Program-made: the position numbers and the translations under genes
Assembly (NCBI RefSeq): GCF_001194135.2
Contig: NC_068982.1
Location: forward strand, 130,411,776 to 130,468,981
Origin: Octopus bimaculoides
Lineage: Eukaryota
Direction of reading: 5' to 3'
Length of the DNA: 57,206 bases
Notes under the pieces: model-generated
Seen by the model: only the letters and a program-made list of their open reading frames with translations
What the model was told of the DNA's origin: nothing
The model's database searches: none
Shown: positions 52,601 to 57,206 of the stretch, in pieces
Layout: each line of letters starts with the position of its first letter
How positions within the stretch are numbered: the first letter of the stretch is position 1

Positions 52601-55600
52601 ATATTTAAAGATGCCTCCCTACATTCTCTGTTCAAATCTTAGTAGAATTATCTTTGTCTTTCATCCATCTGGGGTTGATAAAATACGTACCCGTGTTTTA
52701 TTGAAGTTGATTATACTCTCTCTTTTAAATCCCTGACTCTCTATTAATATATTAATTCAACGAGGCAGGATGTTATTATATTGATAAAACATGTGGTTTC
52801 TATCTTAGTATCCCCATTACGTGTCGGTGGGGGTTGAGAGATGTTTGAGAGCTGCAATGAGGAAGTTGCATAAATAAAACTTTCCTTGGTGAGCATTTTT
52901 CTATTTTGAAGATCCATAGGTAGCTGATCACACACTGATTGATACTTTTGATCATTAAAAGGCGAAGCTATTGTGTCTTCGTTGCGTTATGGCATTGAAT
53001 AATTTAAATATATGAATTAATCTCTTTATCAAAATATTCTGTGTCTATATGTCTAAAGAATAGAGATGACGTAAAGCAGAAAATACTATTTAGTCTTGCC
53101 GAAGAAAAAAACTGAATCTCTGGCGAACGAACAGCGAGAAGCACTTTACTGTCGCAGAGTACATGGCAACTTATTGTTGATTTATCAATAAAACGCACGC
53201 AGTACACTCTGAAAAGTTGTTGGTGATAAGGACATACGGCTTTAAACTGTGTACTTAAAGTAAATTACTTTCTAACGCAACTCTTGATCTACTATTTTGG
53301 TTATTTTTGCTCAGAGATCAAAAATGCAGACTTGGCTTGGGGTAAGTTGTGAGCTATGGATCTGGTATTGAGTCTAGGTATTATTGCCGTTTATTATTAT
53401 TGGTTAAAGTGTATATTCCATTACTATGTTATTTTCTAATTAATGAAACTATCATTAATTCTCTTCGCTAATCACCTTATATTTGTAGACTCAGTCAAGT
53501 CATATTTTCCTTTTAACTTCTGTGATACTGTCAGCTCGGCTTCAAACTTAATGAGACTGTACTGATCCTTCACTTTACTCATGTTCCCACTTCTAAACAA
53601 CCACAACGTATCTTAAATAAACTTTACACTGACCATTATTTCAGTACTTCCGCCGAACCCCTCCCTTCCGAAATTCTCTTCTTTGCTTACGAACTGCCAC
53701 GTGAAACATTCAAACACTACCAAACTCTCGCCTCCAGAATATGTTATACATGTAAAAACTAATTGTATTAGTGCAAAATATATTCTTTTCTAACCCAGAA
53801 TCTAATAAAAACCAAGAAAATTAAATACATTAAAGATAAATTATTCAACTACAATTAAAGCAAACACATCAAGCACAAAAACAAAAAGCATAAAAAATAC
53901 GACCAGCGTCGGTGTAATGGGCTGAGGTAGGAGGATATTTTGGAGATTCATCCTAAACTACTTAAGTCAAGGGTGGATTTCATAAAGATAAAATCATTTA
54001 CTGATATTGTAATGACGTACTTTTCTAACCAGCACATCTAGATATATATTAGAGGGAATGTGGTGGGAAAGAAAAAAAAATGGCGTAGGGATAAATTAGT
54101 GAGTGTACGGATGTGTGTGTGTCTGTGTGTGTGTATGTGTGTGCCTATGCGCGCGCGCGTTTCCAAGACATTACGAGGGTGGTAAAGGAACAAAATATTA
54201 ATACTGCAAATTCAAAACTCAAATATTAGATCCTGCTACGCGGTGACAAGGGAATCTTCCTTGTTTGAAGTTCTCTACTGCTATAAGATGCACTGGTGTG
54301 CCGAGTTTATCTGGGATTATCATTGAGAAGAATAGATATGATTCTCGAAGTATAGAGTACAGCAGGAAAGACAAAAACAATATTAATAAAGTAATTGATA
54401 ACTTGATATCTTCAATAAATACCATTATCTATTAAGCTAACATTGACGTTTCCAACTCAAATATACTTACTAAGCAAGTTATCTAACCAAAATAAACACA
54501 GTGTGTTCACGCCCCTTAATGAACTTGACTTCAGCATCCAGCTACATACACACACACACACACACACCACATACACACACACACACACACATAGCTTTTA
54601 ATGCATGTATCTGTTAATTACTTTGCCTATAGTATACATTATTGAAAGAAGGAAGCGAAGAAATTTCGTTGCTGTATGGAGGTTTGATTGCATACGTACA
54701 AATTACGAAACAAGGCTTCGAAACAAGGTTTTCAGTAGACAAGAGTTTTAATATATAAGTCAAAAGGTCGAATCGAAATACAGACGTTGCATAGTAGTTA
54801 GTGGTGTTGTTGTTTAGCTCCAAGTCGACCCTGGTTGAACAAATATATGATCAAGAACTATCCAGTTGTGACGATCCCGACTTTGTTTCTCGACATAGAG
54901 TACCTGATCAGTATAACCAGGATCTAATGTGTTCTACCTGTTTTAAGATAGCAAGGTATGATTGGAGGGATATTTAGCTGCTACAATTAGCAGGCTGAAT
55001 GATCACCTAGAAACTATCTCGTTAGCTTGAGTACTATGCAGTATTCTAGAAAGATACGGATAAACTCTACTTTTGTTTTCCCTGAAAAATATTCCAGCTT
55101 GTTCAAAAATTTAACTTACAATAGAGTAGTACTAGTGCCACATTAAACATAACAGGATTGCTTATAGCACCAAAAGAAGGGATGTAGCTGAACCAGCACT
55201 CAATAAAATTATGTGAAAAATTTGCATTGTCTCTAGGCCTTGCTATAAGTAAATAATTTGTTAATGTTGTCTGCTCTTATTAATGTTATATAAATATAAT
55301 TTGAATTATAGTTTATACTTAATATCGTTGCAGGGCTTGGTCTAGGGGAATGAAAGGTAGAAAACTGCATTTTTAATCTATCATACAATTTTGAACATTA
55401 ATGTCTCGACACCTTGTCAGTCAAACAATGGAAAGAGTCGTAGGAACCTCGTCATTAAGCTGTACTTAAGGATATCGGTTGGCCTTAGTCTGCTTTTGAG
55501 TATAGACCTTTCCACGTGGATCATTTGTCACTTATTCCCAAAATATACAGATTGATGATCCATAACATAATAACCGTTAATCAATATATATTACTTATAG

Positions 55601-56317
55601 ATATTTTCCTTTGTTTAAACCGGGAAACCAAAAAGATGTAACTGTAGCCGTTGCTTGTTGACAATCGATTAGATGATCTTTAGCTTGAACGCCTGCAGGT
55701 GAATGATTGGTGGGGAAAACGTGGAGATTGAGGGAGCTCCAGCTGATTGTAGCTGTGGAGATTAACTTTTTTGCAGAGGGTGTTCTGCAGAGTCTTGCAT
55801 GGCAAGCAAGAGAAGATAAAGAGAAGCGGGATCGTTGGTTATATTTAGCAACAAGCAACGATGGCACGTAGTTTGTGTATTAAATGTTCAATTATTTCAG
55901 CATTCATGCAAGGAAAAAAAAAACGCATTCAGGCTTATTGCCACGCATACAGAGAATATTTAAATCTTAATTTGAACAAATTCATTACAAAATAGTACAT
56001 TATAACTGGTATGTACAAGATACAAACAAGTAGAGTTTGATTATAAGCAATCTAAGATGTTTTCTAAATTGATAGTTGGTGTTCACTTAAAAAAAATAAA
56101 ATTCTGCATTATTTTGTAGATGCTCGAAACATCAAAACTGCATATGATAACAATGAAAAATGGCATTTGAAATTGAGATTTAAACCCAAACCATATATGG
56201 TATTCTCTTCCACCATCCGCCATCCGTCACGTTTACAAACCTCTACTATCTAGGCCTTGTGCGTGTGTGTGTGTGTGTGTGGTACGCATGCGCATAAATA
56301 ATTACATAAATATATGT

Positions 56318-56750
56318 ATTCTTTTATTCTTTTACTTGTTTCAGTCATTTGACTGCGGCCATGCTGGAGCATCGCCTTTAGTCGAGCAAATCGATTCCAG
56401 GACTTATTCTTTGTAAACCTAGTACTTATTGTATTGATCTTATTTGGCGAACCGCTAGATTATGGATACTTAAACACAGCAGCATCGGTTATCAAGTAAT
56501 GTTGGGGGGGGGCACAGCCACACACGTACGCTCGCACGCTCGCACACACACACNNNNNNNNNNNNNNNNNNNNNNNNNNNNNNNNNNNNNNNNNNNNNNN
56601 NNNNNNNNNNNNNNNNNNNNNNNNNNNNNNNNNNNNNNACCAATAAAATCCACTCACAAGTCCAAAGACAGTTGCCCAAGATGTCACGCAGTGGGGCTGA
56701 ACTCGGAACCATGTGGCTGGTAAGCAAGCTACTTACCACACAGCCACTCA
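56318..56750 (-). mobile_element. SINE family B spanning a gap
   Basis: Tail at 56318-56500, head at 56639-56750. Confidence 0.85.
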
Positions 56751-56767
56751 TACATCATATATATATT

Positions 56768-57062
56768 GAGACCCCCTTCGGTCATGACTGACCATGGGAT
56801 TGCACCTAGAACGTTACCCTCCGAGGCGCAAGTCCGGGCAAGTTTGTTTATAGAAGACCAGCAGTCGCCCATGTTTACTGGTCTCTCCTCTCCACGTCAC
56901 CAGTGTTATCCAAGGGAAAGGCCGCTACAGCTGAGTGAGCTGGAGCAACGTGAAATAAAGTGTCTTGCTCAAGAACACAACACGCAGCCCGGTCTGGGAT
57001 TGGAACTCACTACCTCACGATCGTAAGCTCGATGCTCTAACCACTGAGCCATGCGCCTTCAC
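56768..57062 (-). mobile_element. tRNA-headed SINE, family D
   Basis: Reverse complement head gtgaaggcgcatggctcagtggttagagcatcgagcttacgatcgtgaggtagtgagttccaatcc has clear A and B boxes. It is followed by ttcttgagcaagacacttt (CORE-like) and a distinct 3' tail ending gaccgaagggggtctc. Confidence 0.85.
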
Positions 57063-57100
57063 GATCCCATACACATACACGATCTCATACACATACACAT

Positions 57101-57137
<37 letters not shown>

Positions 57138-57138
<1 letters not shown>

Positions 57139-57206
57139 CCTGCTCTCTCTGCCATTCTCTGTACATCGGACAAACGGGGCGCCGCCTGGCCGACCGATTC
57201 GCGGAA
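57138..57206 (+). mobile_element. Penelope-like element fragment: GIY-YIG endonuclease motif (runs off window)
   Basis: Frame from 57138 reads SCSLCHSLYIGQTGRRLADRFAE, matching the PLE C..C...YIGxTxRxLxxRxxEH pattern. It begins abruptly after (CA)n. Confidence 0.8.

Noticed and set aside
55595-55867. Possible Merlin/IS1595-like fragment (IGGENVEIE) or 90-aa minus ORF
   Set aside because: Only one short motif resemblance; the catalytic DE and downstream WVFG motifs were not found.
56990-57062. tRNA gene (Arg-like anticodon region ttACGat)
   Set aside because: A and B boxes are present, but the acceptor and anticodon stems do not pair properly and the sequence continues into a SINE body.

Overview
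Repeat-rich, AT-rich eukaryotic (metazoan) DNA with about 14 assembly gaps, most flanked by (TA)n. The tRNA-headed SINE families and extreme CA/TA/ATGT/ATT microsatellite load resemble an Octopus (coleoid cephalopod) short-read assembly; this is an inference, not a database result. Nearly all ORFs in the supplied track are microsatellite or N-gap artefacts. Supported content: (1) a candidate minus-strand gene, with a signal-peptide-like first coding exon (9018-9096) and a downstream exon running off the left edge (1-262) that contains a PDGF/VEGF-propeptide-like motif; (2) two minimal hammerhead-ribozyme motifs in Penelope-type repeat fragments inside that putative intron, one canonical and one with a CUGUUGA core; (3) a full-length but disabled Hsmar1-like mariner with TIRs and TA target duplication; (4) fossil Tc1 and hAT transposases, a Tc2/pogo-type MITE, two CR1-group LINE fragments and a Penelope GIY-YIG fragment; (5) at least four SINE-like families, one sharing a covarying 3' stem-loop with the LINE; (6) a ~290-bp-arm inverted repeat. 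No rRNA, true tRNA gene or CRISPR array is supported. Everything was read by eye, so repeat boundaries are approximate unless TIR/TSD coordinates are given.
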